Virus record (IMG/VR): IMGVR_UViG_3300045988_101868
Span: 1-37,118 of that record
DNA: 37,118 bases
Source: a virus
Reading direction: 5' to 3' (one strand)
The notes under the pieces are model-generated. The model had not been told where the DNA came from. It did no database searches and was given only the letters and a program-made list of their open reading frames with translations. Shown piece after piece: positions 1-6,414 of the stretch; the stretch's first letter is position 1, and every line of letters begins with the position of its first letter. The position numbers and the translations under genes are program-made.

Positions 1-48
1 AAAAGAAAAACCGCATACAAGCCTTAAAAACGGCTTGGTAATGCGGTT
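1..48 (-). terminator. Rho-independent terminator downstream of the tRNA fragment (left copy)
   Basis: Outer stem AACCGCAT/ATGCGGTT (9-16/41-48) with inner AAGCC/GGCTT (19-23/32-36). On the minus strand it is followed by TTTCTTTT (rc of 1-8). Confidence 0.6.
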
Positions 49-54
49 TATTTG

Positions 55-99
55 TGGAGCTGGTGAACGGACTTGAACCGTCGACCTACTGATTACGAA
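55..99 (-). pseudogene. Orphan 3' fragment (45 nt) of tRNA-Thr(CGU), anticodon loop to CCA
   Basis: The rc reads TTCGTAA (loop, anticodon CGT), TCAGT, AGGTC, GACGG-TTCAAGT-CCGTT (T arm), CACCAGC, T, CCA. Bases 100-104 (acatt) cannot form the anticodon stem, so this copy is truncated. Confidence 0.8.
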
Positions 100-153
100 A
101 CATTACAAGAATTTGAAAAAGTGCAGTAAACAAGCGTATTTTTATTATACATT

Positions 154-173
154 GACTAACATCAGACTAACAT
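154..173 (+). promoter_or_regulatory. Two direct GACTAACAT repeats 11 bp apart: candidate arm-type integrase sites (left arm)
   Basis: GACTAACAT at 154-162 and 165-173. The same pair with the same spacing and orientation occurs at 36952-36960/36963-36971. Confidence 0.55.
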
Positions 174-1352
174 CATTTTTTGCGGTTCTGCAATCGCAGA
201 GATGTAATCGTTTAGGTCTATAATTTTATTGATTTTCTTAATCTGATTTGTTTGCACTAAATGTGTATAAATATTCAAAGTCGTTTCGGGCTTTGCGTGT
301 CCGAGTTGGTTTTGGACATAAAGTAAATCTTGACCGCAAAAGAACAAGTTTGTAGCAAAAGTATGTCTTAGATAATGTGCGGTGAATCTTTCAATAACAA
401 AAGGAACGCCTTTTGGGTCGAACTTACTTTTCGGCTTTCGCTCATATTCGGAAAAATCTCCGTATTTAAGATTGAGGTCTGCCATATAGCTGTCCCACAG
501 TTCTCGCCACGCTGTTGTTGAGAAGAACTCCCCTTTTGTTGTAAGTACAACAAAGTCGGATTGTTTATGGTTCTTTTGATTTTTCAGAAAATCCACCAGG
601 GTGTGGGGAATATTGACTGTTCGTATGCCAGCCTTTGACTTTGCTCCTTGCACAATGTGCGGAGTTCCTGTCATTACAAGTTTTTGATGAACACTAATTT
701 GAGCATTTTCAAGGTCAATGTCATACCATTGCAACGCAAGGCATTCACTTAATCTTAAACCAGACAGCATCATGATCATAGCAGGAAGTTGTGCTCTGTG
801 TGGCATTTCCATAACCCACCGCTGTTCTTGCTCGGTCAATGCCCTGCGCTCGCTTACAGGTGCATTTTTCGGTATTCTGACATATGTTAATGGATTGTAG
901 TCAAGTATGCGGTTTTCAACAGCAAAGTCAAACACCTGCCTTGCGGTCATTCTGTAATCACGCAGAGTTTTCTTTGAAGTCGGTTTGCCTGTATGTGGAT
1001 TTCGTGCGAAATAGTCATTTATGATACATTGAAAATCTGCTTTTACAAGTTTGCTGATTGCAACATCGCCTAATACAGAAAACGGTTTAAGGTTTGTTTT
1101 ATAACTCTTATACTGCTTGTCAGAAGAAAGCAGAGCCTTTTTGTATATCAGCCAATTTTCGCAGAGTTCACTGAACGGCATATTCTCGCTAAGAATATCC
1201 ATACCTTTGCTGATTTTTAGCTTGATTTCATTTGCTTTGCGTGTAACCTCAGCTTGCGTTTTGCCAAATACAGACTTATACATAGCTTTGCCGTTTTCAT
1301 CTCGTCCGATATAGATATTTTTTTGATATCTGCCGTCTTTACGCTTTTTCAT
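162..1352 (-). CDS. int: Tyrosine recombinase / phage integrase
   Basis: Catalytic signature seen in translation: GLRLSE (R), KSKAGIRTV (K), HYLRHTF (HxxR), LGHAKP (H), NIYTH (Y). Start moved to ATG 1352 (MKKRKDGRY), which follows AAGGAG. Adjacent to attL. Confidence 0.95.
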   Translation of the reverse strand: MKKRKDGRYQKNIYIGRDENGKAMYKSVFGKTQAEVTRKANEIKLKISKGMDILSENMPFSELCENWLIYKKALLSSDKQYKSYKTNLKPFSVLGDVAISKLVKADFQCIINDYFARNPHTGKPTSKKTLRDYRMTARQVFDFAVENRILDYNPLTYVRIPKNAPVSERRALTEQEQRWVMEMPHRAQLPAMIMMLSGLRLSECLALQWYDIDLENAQISVHQKLVMTGTPHIVQGAKSKAGIRTVNIPHTLVDFLKNQKNHKQSDFVVLTTKGEFFSTTAWRELWDSYMADLNLKYGDFSEYERKPKSKFDPKGVPFVIERFTAHYLRHTFATNLFFCGQDLLYVQNQLGHAKPETTLNIYTHLVQTNQIKKINKIIDLNDYISAIAEPQKMMLV

Positions 1353-1386
1353 TTTATAACACTCCTTTTGTTTTAAAAAAGGGTGC

Positions 1387-1433
1387 AAAAATCCCTTGTG
1401 TTTTTATTCGATAAACTTGCAAAACACAAGGGA
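1387..1433 (-). terminator. Terminator-like or attenuator hairpin in the int leader
   Basis: Perfect 13-bp inverted repeat TCCCTTGTGTTTT / AAAACACAAGGGA (1392-1404 / 1421-1433) with a 16-nt loop. On the minus strand it is followed by TTTTT (rc of 1387-1391), 35 nt before the int start. Confidence 0.5.
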
Positions 1434-1445
1434 GTATGGTACAAT
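1417..1445 (+). promoter_or_regulatory. SigA-type promoter with no downstream ORF (drives the candidate sRNA)
   Basis: TTGCAA (1417-1422), 17-nt spacer, TACAAT (1440-1445). Confidence 0.55.
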
Positions 1446-1472
1446 TATATTGCTGTTTAAGTACCGTTGCAC
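1444..1472 (-). promoter_or_regulatory. Possible int promoter, face-to-face with the plus-strand promoter
   Basis: Minus strand reads GTGCAA (rc of 1467-1472), 17 nt, TATAAT (rc of 1444-1449). Its -10 box overlaps the plus-strand TACAAT by 2 bp. Confidence 0.35.
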
Positions 1473-1528
1473 CCTATGTGTAATGGTTTCCGCTCTACCC
1501 TGCGCCAACAGGATAGGGCGGATTTTTT
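1452..1528 (+). ncRNA. Candidate small RNA (about 75 nt) between int and the DUF4041 gene
   Basis: Bracketed by the 1417-1445 promoter and the 1490-1533 intrinsic terminator. No RBS-preceded ORF inside. Both neighbouring genes are on the opposite strand. Ends are predicted, not measured. Confidence 0.45.
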
Positions 1529-1533
1529 ATTTT
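1490..1533 (+). terminator. Intrinsic terminator, plus-strand oriented
   Basis: Stem CCGCTCTACCCTG / CAGGATAGGGCGG (1490-1502 / 1509-1521) with one mismatch and one G.T pair, and a 6-nt loop. It is followed by ATTTTTTATTTT. On the minus strand no T run follows. Confidence 0.7.
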
Positions 1534-1554
1534 AATAAATGTTACTGTAAAACC

Positions 1555-2874
1555 CTACGGCTTTAGTTGCTCTTTAATTTTAAGAGATTCACGATACTGT
1601 TCAGCCGGAGCAAGTCGAGTAAATTCTACCGTTTTATCGTAATTCTTTTTTACAACTTCTTCTATTTCATCAAGAGTAACATTAAAGAACTCTCGTCTTG
1701 TGTTAATCATATTGACTTTTCTATCCTCAAAGGCTTTATGTAAAGCTGCTTCAAGTGAAGGAGCATCGTCGGAAAAAATCATTGCGTGAACATCAAAGTT
1801 AAACGGAACAGAAGCGTCCCCAAGCTCATCAACTCGATCCATTGGTTCAAGTCTGCGTGTCATACCTATTTTATACACATTCTCTCCAAATGAACCAACA
1901 TTAGATATAATGTACACATAACCTGCTCTTGCATTTGCGGCTCTGTAATCAATATCTTTCATAGATTTATCAATTTCAGAAAGCTCGTTAATGATTTGTT
2001 CTTTTTTCTTGAGTAATTCTTCTTTATCAACATCGGCTGCGGTTTTAATTTGCTGTTCAAGATGTGATAGAGCGTTTTGATAGTGAGTTTGTTCCTTAGC
2101 TATTTTTTTACGAGTTTCTTCAATTTCTTTTTGTAGTTTAGCCTCTTCACGCATACGAGCTCTTATTTCTTTTTGTTCTTCCTTTTCATCTTGCTTTTTC
2201 TTTTTGTATTCAAGTGATAAGCAAAGTTCTTCGTGCTTGGCATTAAAATATTGAGTAGTTATTGCAATTCCCATAATGTTGCCAAGTTTTGAAATTGCTT
2301 CACAGGAACTACGCATCCTTTTTAATGCCGTATCAAAAGTATTGTACTTAACTTTATCAATAAGTTCATCACATTCACTATTGAATGCTCTAAGCAAAAG
2401 TTTTTGCATATCTTTAACCATTTTTTTGCCCTGACTTTTACTTCCATTTACAGTCCAATTAGTGTTACCGGTAACAGCCTGACCGTTTTTTATAAGAGCT
2501 TTTTGTGTATCTCGGATTTGAGATAATCTGTTTTTATACAATTCAGAAGAAGCAAAGTCATACTTAGGAGTATAAAGTCCGAAACTTTGTAACTCAATTT
2601 GTTCATCCATACAGATTATTTGAGATTGTTTGTTATTTATAGTGTTATTTAAACCGATAATTTTGTTGTTTAAATTATTGATCTCGTTATTTTTTTGCCC
2701 AATAACTGCATTTAAGTTATTAATATCATTTTGCAATTTCTGTGTGAGCATAAGTAAATTTTGGGCATTATACATTTCAGGAGTAAATGTGCTTCTAAGC
2801 TGATTAAGTTCAGCTTGTAAGCGTTCTACTTCTGACTTATATTGATTACCCTTAAAGGTATCAAGAAATCCCAT
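1555..2874 (-). CDS. DUF4041 plus C-terminal T5orf172/MUG113 (GIY-YIG-like) domain protein with an N-terminal Asn-rich coiled coil
   Basis: C-terminal GYVYIISN..YKIGMTRRLEPMDRVDELGDASVPFNFDVHAMIFS..EFF matches the T5orf172 pattern. The central FGLYTPKYDF..LLLRAFNSECD region matches the DUF4041 pattern. Start moved to ATG 2874 after AAGGAGA. Last gene of the repressor operon. Confidence 0.75.
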   Translation of the reverse strand: MGFLDTFKGNQYKSEVERLQAELNQLRSTFTPEMYNAQNLLMLTQKLQNDINNLNAVIGQKNNEINNLNNKIIGLNNTINNKQSQIICMDEQIELQSFGLYTPKYDFASSELYKNRLSQIRDTQKALIKNGQAVTGNTNWTVNGSKSQGKKMVKDMQKLLLRAFNSECDELIDKVKYNTFDTALKRMRSSCEAISKLGNIMGIAITTQYFNAKHEELCLSLEYKKKKQDEKEEQKEIRARMREEAKLQKEIEETRKKIAKEQTHYQNALSHLEQQIKTAADVDKEELLKKKEQIINELSEIDKSMKDIDYRAANARAGYVYIISNVGSFGENVYKIGMTRRLEPMDRVDELGDASVPFNFDVHAMIFSDDAPSLEAALHKAFEDRKVNMINTRREFFNVTLDEIEEVVKKNYDKTVEFTRLAPAEQYRESLKIKEQLKP

Positions 2875-2888
2875 ATCAATTCTCCTTA

Positions 2889-3107
2889 TCAAATAGCATT
2901 AGCCTCAAGCTCGTTATGAACAACAGGCTCATAATCATAAAAATGCTCGGATGTAATGTGCTTTAATTCGTGCTTAGCGGCTTTCTGTTGAGTATCATAG
3001 CTAAGCAGAATATTAATATATACATTGTAATTGCCGTCCTCATCTAAGACCGTTACGCCTCGTACGGTCAGCGGCAATTCTAAACCTCTAATAAAAATTT
3101 TTCCCAA
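2889..3107 (-). CDS. Minimal ImmA/IrrE-like metallopeptidase (72 aa)
   Basis: HELKH (HExxH) followed by SEH. TTG start 2 nt after the repressor stop. The XRE-plus-ImmA pairing is typical of ImmR/ImmA-type switches. Confidence 0.55.
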   Translation of the reverse strand: MGKIFIRGLELPLTVRGVTVLDEDGNYNVYINILLSYDTQQKAAKHELKHITSEHFYDYEPVVHNELEANAI

Positions 3108-3109
3108 AG

Positions 3110-3493
3110 CTATTCATCCTTTTTTAATGCTTCAATAATTCTGACTGCTTTTTTCACATCTTCTTTTGTAGCACCCTTAGTAAGACTAAATAACATTCTT
3201 AGTTCACTTCTGTTCTTGAGCTCCTCGAGGTATTTTTGGAGTTCAATGTCATCAGTCATTTTTGATGTTTTGTGTTCCTCTGTCAAATCAGATTTAAGAA
3301 TACCAAAATAGTCAGCCAAAAGTTGCATTTTGTCAACACGAGGGTATTTCTTTTCGTTTGCCCAGTCAGAAACAGTCGAAGCTGTTAAATTCAGATCCGT
3401 TACAAGATTCGATTGGGTTTTATTGTTAGTAGTCATATAATAGTTTAAATTCTTTGCAAAAATTTTTTTGTTAAGCTCACTATTATCGCTCAT
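3110..3493 (-). CDS. XRE-family HTH lysogeny repressor (CI-like)
   Basis: HTH segment KTQSNLVTDLNLTASTVSDWANEKKYP. Divergent from the Cro-like gene across a promoter/operator region. Confidence 0.85.
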   Translation of the reverse strand: MSDNSELNKKIFAKNLNYYMTTNNKTQSNLVTDLNLTASTVSDWANEKKYPRVDKMQLLADYFGILKSDLTEEHKTSKMTDDIELQKYLEELKNRSELRMLFSLTKGATKEDVKKAVRIIEALKKDE

Positions 3494-3522
3494 TAGATCA
3501 CCTACTTTTATGTTATATTTGC

Positions 3523-3551
3523 ATTATACACTAAAAGCGTAAAAAATTCAA
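3523..3551 (-). promoter_or_regulatory. Repressor-operon promoter
   Basis: Minus strand: TTGAAT (rc of 3546-3551), 17 nt, TATAAT (rc of 3523-3528). The spacer contains GCTTTTAGTGT. Confidence 0.65.
3528..3538. promoter_or_regulatory. Operator candidate O1 (ACACTAAAAGC, rc GCTTTTAGTGT)
   Basis: The 11-mer is identical, in inverted orientation, to 3591-3601. It lies in the spacer next to the -10 box of the repressor promoter. Confidence 0.55.
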
Positions 3552-3552
3552 G

Positions 3553-3568
3553 ATATTTTTAAAAATAT
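3553..3568. promoter_or_regulatory. Perfect 16-bp AT palindrome between the two -35 boxes
   Basis: ATATTTTTAAAAATAT is its own reverse complement. It lies between the -35 boxes at 3546-3551 and 3581-3586. Confidence 0.35.
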
Positions 3569-3580
3569 TTTGCTTTTTGC

Positions 3581-3609
3581 TTGACATTATGCTTTTAGTG
3601 TGATATTAT
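3581..3609 (+). promoter_or_regulatory. Early (Cro-side) promoter
   Basis: TTGACA (3581-3586), 17 nt, TATTAT (3604-3609). The spacer contains GCTTTTAGTGT. Confidence 0.7.
3591..3601. promoter_or_regulatory. Operator candidate O2 (GCTTTTAGTGT)
   Basis: Same 11-mer as O1, in the same position relative to the -10 box of the early promoter. Confidence 0.55.
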
Positions 3610-3635
3610 ATATGTGTACCAAGGAGGTGAGGCAA

Positions 3636-3860
3636 ATGGAATATCCTAAAATCACGTTAAAAGCTGCAAGGGTAAATGCTGGTTTATCTCAAAAAGAAGC
3701 AGCTGATATGCTTAATATTAGCAAGGAAACTCTTTCTAACTACGAAAAAGGAACATATTCGCCAAGTTGGGATATGGTGCATAGAATAGGTGAACTGTAT
3801 AGATTTCCTGTTGACTTTATTTTTTTGGGAAAAGATTTACGCTTAAAGCGTATTACTTGA
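3636..3860 (+). CDS. Cro-like XRE-family HTH protein
   Basis: GLSQKEAADMLNISKETLSNYEKG HTH. Start moved to ATG 3636 after GGAGGTG. Confidence 0.85.
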   Translation: MEYPKITLKAARVNAGLSQKEAADMLNISKETLSNYEKGTYSPSWDMVHRIGELYRFPVDFIFLGKDLRLKRIT

Positions 3861-3958
3861 TTTCTGTTATTTATCTTACAATTCAGTATAGCAAATCAGC
3901 TGTACAATAAGCCGGATTTTTAGACAGCAGAAAACAGCATAGGAAAGGAGGAGAGAAG

Positions 3959-4138
3959 ATGGGAGGAAAAATGATTGGCAACTATGCAAATGACGGAACA
4001 CTTTATATATCTGCAACAAATATTCAGGAGTTTAAATGCCTTATAAATAAGGCAAAAAAACAAGCTGACGAACTGCAAGATACAATTAATCAGCTTGAGT
4101 TTTTCAATTTTCATTTTAAGTTTGCGACTGATGAGTAG
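3959..4138 (+). CDS. Hypothetical 59-aa protein (below the ORF-track cut-off)
   Basis: ATG preceded by AGGAAAGGAGGAG. Translation is MGGKMIGNYANDGTLYISATNIQEF...FATDE. Preferred over the low-complexity antisense ORF 3920..4153. Confidence 0.45.
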   Translation: MGGKMIGNYANDGTLYISATNIQEFKCLINKAKKQADELQDTINQLEFFNFHFKFATDE

Positions 4139-4829
4139 CTTTTTGTTCTTCAATCATATTTTCAGCTATTGCTACAGAAATATCTGAATCTATAAAAGAC
4201 ACAATAGCATTTATAAATTCGACCAGGTTATCTATATTGTAATCTTTAAATTTTCGCTCGTAATGTGTTTCATCATTACCAAGCCATGAAGAGGCTACAG
4301 CTAATTTTTTAATTCTTTTGTTGTCAATATAATCGTTGATACATCTTGATAACGGTGCTTTAACAATTTTATCTTTATCCTCAGGGTGTAACAATATAGC
4401 ATAATCTTTTACTAAAAATTCTAAAGATTTTCTGTAAGCCATACCTGAAATATCTTTTAAACCATACTGTTCAGAAGCGTATGCTTGGTTATATATGTCG
4501 CAAAAATCAGGTGACAAGTCTTTTATGTGTTTAGGAAATTCTCGTTCTTCTGTATTGTAAACAGGCTCAAAACTTTTAAATTCAGTTTTATTGTAATAAG
4601 GTCCTATATAGTAATTCCCTAAAAATGTTCTTTCACAATTTTGGCAGAAAAAATGAACAAAAAGATTTGGGTTGGTAAGTTCATCTTCGATATAGTAAGA
4701 ACTTAAACAAAATGGGTTGCCCGCTTTGTGGCACATGGGGCAACCAGGCGGATATTCGATTTCAAGATTTTTATGGTGTTTTTCATCGTTCAATGATTTA
4801 CAGTTGTATATGATCTTTCGGATAGTCAA
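4116..4829 (-). CDS. Zn-ribbon (CxxC...CxxC) plus DUF4145 domain protein
   Basis: N-terminal CPMCH...CQNC. C-terminal YRKSLEFLVKD...LAVASSWLGNDETHY matches the DUF4145 pattern. TTG start after AAAGGAG with short spacing. Oriented against the early operon. Confidence 0.7.
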   Translation of the reverse strand: MTIRKIIYNCKSLNDEKHHKNLEIEYPPGCPMCHKAGNPFCLSSYYIEDELTNPNLFVHFFCQNCERTFLGNYYIGPYYNKTEFKSFEPVYNTEEREFPKHIKDLSPDFCDIYNQAYASEQYGLKDISGMAYRKSLEFLVKDYAILLHPEDKDKIVKAPLSRCINDYIDNKRIKKLAVASSWLGNDETHYERKFKDYNIDNLVEFINAIVSFIDSDISVAIAENMIEEQKATHQSQT

Positions 4830-4857
4830 GGACTCCTTTCAGTATAGTATTGAAAAT

Positions 4858-4886
4858 ATTGTAACATCTAATTACAAATAATACAA
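4858..4886 (-). promoter_or_regulatory. Candidate own promoter of the DUF4145 gene
   Basis: Minus strand: TTGTAT (rc of 4881-4886), 17 nt, TGT-TACAAT (extended -10, rc of 4858-4866). Confidence 0.45.
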
Positions 4887-4909
4887 CAAAAATCGAGGAG
4901 GTGAGGAAA

Positions 4910-5116
4910 ATGGCAAAACTTAAACTTATTGACACAAAGGACAAGTTTCTTCTTGAAATTGACGGAACAGAAATCCCGTATGTTACAAGCTATCAGATTA
5001 CCCGAACAGTAGGCGATGTGGTACTGCTCAAGCTGGCACTCAGCGTTGCAAATGTGGAAAAGGTTGAAATCGTATCAGACAAAATTACAGAGGATAACAG
5101 AGGTGTAAGGCAATAA
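4910..5116 (+). CDS. Hypothetical protein
   Basis: ATG 4910 after GGAGGTG. Same strand as the early operon. Confidence 0.7.
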   Translation: MAKLKLIDTKDKFLLEIDGTEIPYVTSYQITRTVGDVVLLKLALSVANVEKVEIVSDKITEDNRGVRQ

Positions 5117-5135
5117 ATTTATAAGGAGGGTATAT

Positions 5136-5390
5136 ATGCCAAAATCTAAGAAAACAGTAACCAACTGGGACGATGTTCCGATCTACATAGATTTGCCATT
5201 GCTGGCAAATCTTTGGGGGTTCTCGGTTGATTGTTTAAAGAAAAAAGCACAGTCGGGCGTTTTGCCGGCGGCAAAGATGTTCGGTGAGTGGAGAATATCT
5301 AAAGAGGACGCAAAGGCTTACTTCGAAAAGGCTTACAACGAAACGCAGGAGGGAATAAAAAAAGATGGAAGTAATTATCAACAAATCTAA
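5136..5390 (+). CDS. HTH_17/excisionase-family DNA-binding protein (Xis candidate)
   Basis: GVLPAAKMFGEWRISKEDAKAYF resembles the excisionase/MerR-type winged HTH signature. AAGGAGG RBS. Confidence 0.55.
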   Translation: MPKSKKTVTNWDDVPIYIDLPLLANLWGFSVDCLKKKAQSGVLPAAKMFGEWRISKEDAKAYFEKAYNETQEGIKKDGSNYQQI

Positions 5391-5604
5391 ATCGTATTCG
5401 TTTAAGGAGGTTGAAATCGGAGATGTGTTCTCTGATGATTTAGGACGCTTTATGATGAAAGTATCATACGAAACAGCAATTTGTTTAGATGATAATACAG
5501 TCTATGGCATTAACAGCAAGACAAAATGCTATCTGAGGGACTGTGTGATTATAGAGCGTGAACTGCTCGAAAATCTCAAGAAAGGAGCAAACGGATATGA
5601 GTAA
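5365..5604 (+). CDS. Hypothetical protein
   Basis: ORF within the early operon. Overlaps the upstream gene by 26 nt. GGAGGG lies 11 nt upstream. Confidence 0.55.
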   Translation: MEVIINKSKSYSFKEVEIGDVFSDDLGRFMMKVSYETAICLDDNTVYGINSKTKCYLRDCVIIERELLENLKKGANGYE

Positions 5605-5836
5605 GCTTGAAAACTTACAAATCTGCATCAAAGACGGCGAGGTTATAGTTTTGCAGGGACTTGACACCGTTACGGCTGAAAGGCTTGAGGACATTTTAAA
5701 CTATGTTGCAGAAGTCAAGGAAAGCCTTGACAGGCACAAGCTAAACAATAGAGCAACAGGCATTAAGCGTGCGGCTCACAATTGCAAGAAGTTTATTAGG
5801 TGCTTAAAAGGTGCCTTATCTGATGAGGAGGTGTAA
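5597..5836 (+). CDS. Hypothetical protein
   Basis: Start moved to ATG 5597 (MSKLENLQ) after AAAGGAG. Overlaps the stop of the previous ORF. Confidence 0.65.
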   Translation: MSKLENLQICIKDGEVIVLQGLDTVTAERLEDILNYVAEVKESLDRHKLNNRATGIKRAAHNCKKFIRCLKGALSDEEV

Positions 5837-5839
5837 CGG

Positions 5840-6082
5840 ATGACATATCTTGAATTTATAAGCAGGAACGGTCACATATGTTCAGAAAGCGAATTTGAAA
5901 TTGCAAGAGCACAAGCAAAGAATAAACTTGCAGTTATAGTAAATCGTTTTGGTGATGCAAATGGTTTGAGACTGAAAAGTGATTATTTAAATCAGATTGT
6001 ACTTGAAGAAATTAGAGCTGAAAGGTATTCATCAACAATGTTTGATTTGTTTAGTTGCAAAAGAATATCCCACATTGCGTGA
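5840..6082 (+). CDS. Hypothetical protein
   Basis: ATG after GGAGGTG. The 3' end is embedded in a 13-bp hairpin. Confidence 0.7.
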   Translation: MTYLEFISRNGHICSESEFEIARAQAKNKLAVIVNRFGDANGLRLKSDYLNQIVLEEIRAERYSSTMFDLFSCKRISHIA

Positions 6083-6100
6083 GCCTTGCAATGTGGGATA
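6066..6100 (+). other. Perfect 13-bp stem-loop spanning a stop codon
   Basis: TATCCCACATTGC (6066-6078) / GCAATGTGGGATA (6088-6100) with a 9-nt loop that holds the TGA at 6080-6082. No T run follows. Confidence 0.6.
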
Positions 6101-6165
6101 AGAGCTAAAGAAATTTAAACTACTATTATTATATCACAAACAATAAAAAAATCAATAGTAGGAGG

Positions 6166-6414
6166 ATGAAAATATTGCAGTCATGTGATATATGTTTGAG
6201 TTCGCCCTGCAAAGCTTCTTGCCCGAATGCCCCAGAGCCTCCTGTAATGGGTCATTGCAAAATGTGCAATGACGAACTTAGATACGATTACAATTATTTT
6301 AGAGATACAAACGATGATATTTTCTGCTCTCGCGAATGTGCTGACGCATTCCACGGGATTACAGAGGAAGAATGGTCATCAGACGATATTGAAGAAGGAG
6401 ATTATTATGACTAA
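6166..6414 (+). CDS. Small Cys-rich protein with an FCS/TRASH-like zinc finger
   Basis: CKMCN...IFCSRECADAF (CxxC...FCSxxC). The start is uncertain because ATG 6166 abuts the RBS; TTG 6175 has better spacing. Confidence 0.6.
   Translation: MKILQSCDICLSSPCKASCPNAPEPPVMGHCKMCNDELRYDYNYFRDTNDDIFCSRECADAFHGITEEEWSSDDIEEGDYYD

Larger units (their letters stand above)
1..99. repeat. attL: attL: left copy of the perfect direct repeat (tRNA terminator plus tRNA 3' part)
   Basis: 1..99 is base-for-base identical to 37020..37118. Identity is lost at position 100 (prophage side). The repeat may extend beyond the window edges. Confidence 0.9.

Noticed and set aside
1436-1483. 15-codon ORF (MVQLYCCLSTVAPYV) inside the sRNA region
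   Set aside because: The ATG lies upstream of the predicted transcription start. It is only 1-2 nt from the GGGAG motif, which is an implausible translation start.
3920-4153. 77-aa minus-strand ORF between the Cro-like and DUF4145 genes
   Set aside because: The translation is low-complexity and there is no RBS. The plus strand carries a 59-aa ORF with a very strong RBS over the same bases.
6269-6406. Long N-terminal extensions offered by the ORF track (6269, 5558, 13397, 21647, 16777, 28447, 35310 and others)
   Set aside because: In each case an internal ATG with a canonical AGGAG-type RBS at 5-10 nt gives tight coupling to the upstream stop. The extensions overlap upstream genes and translate to low-complexity sequence.
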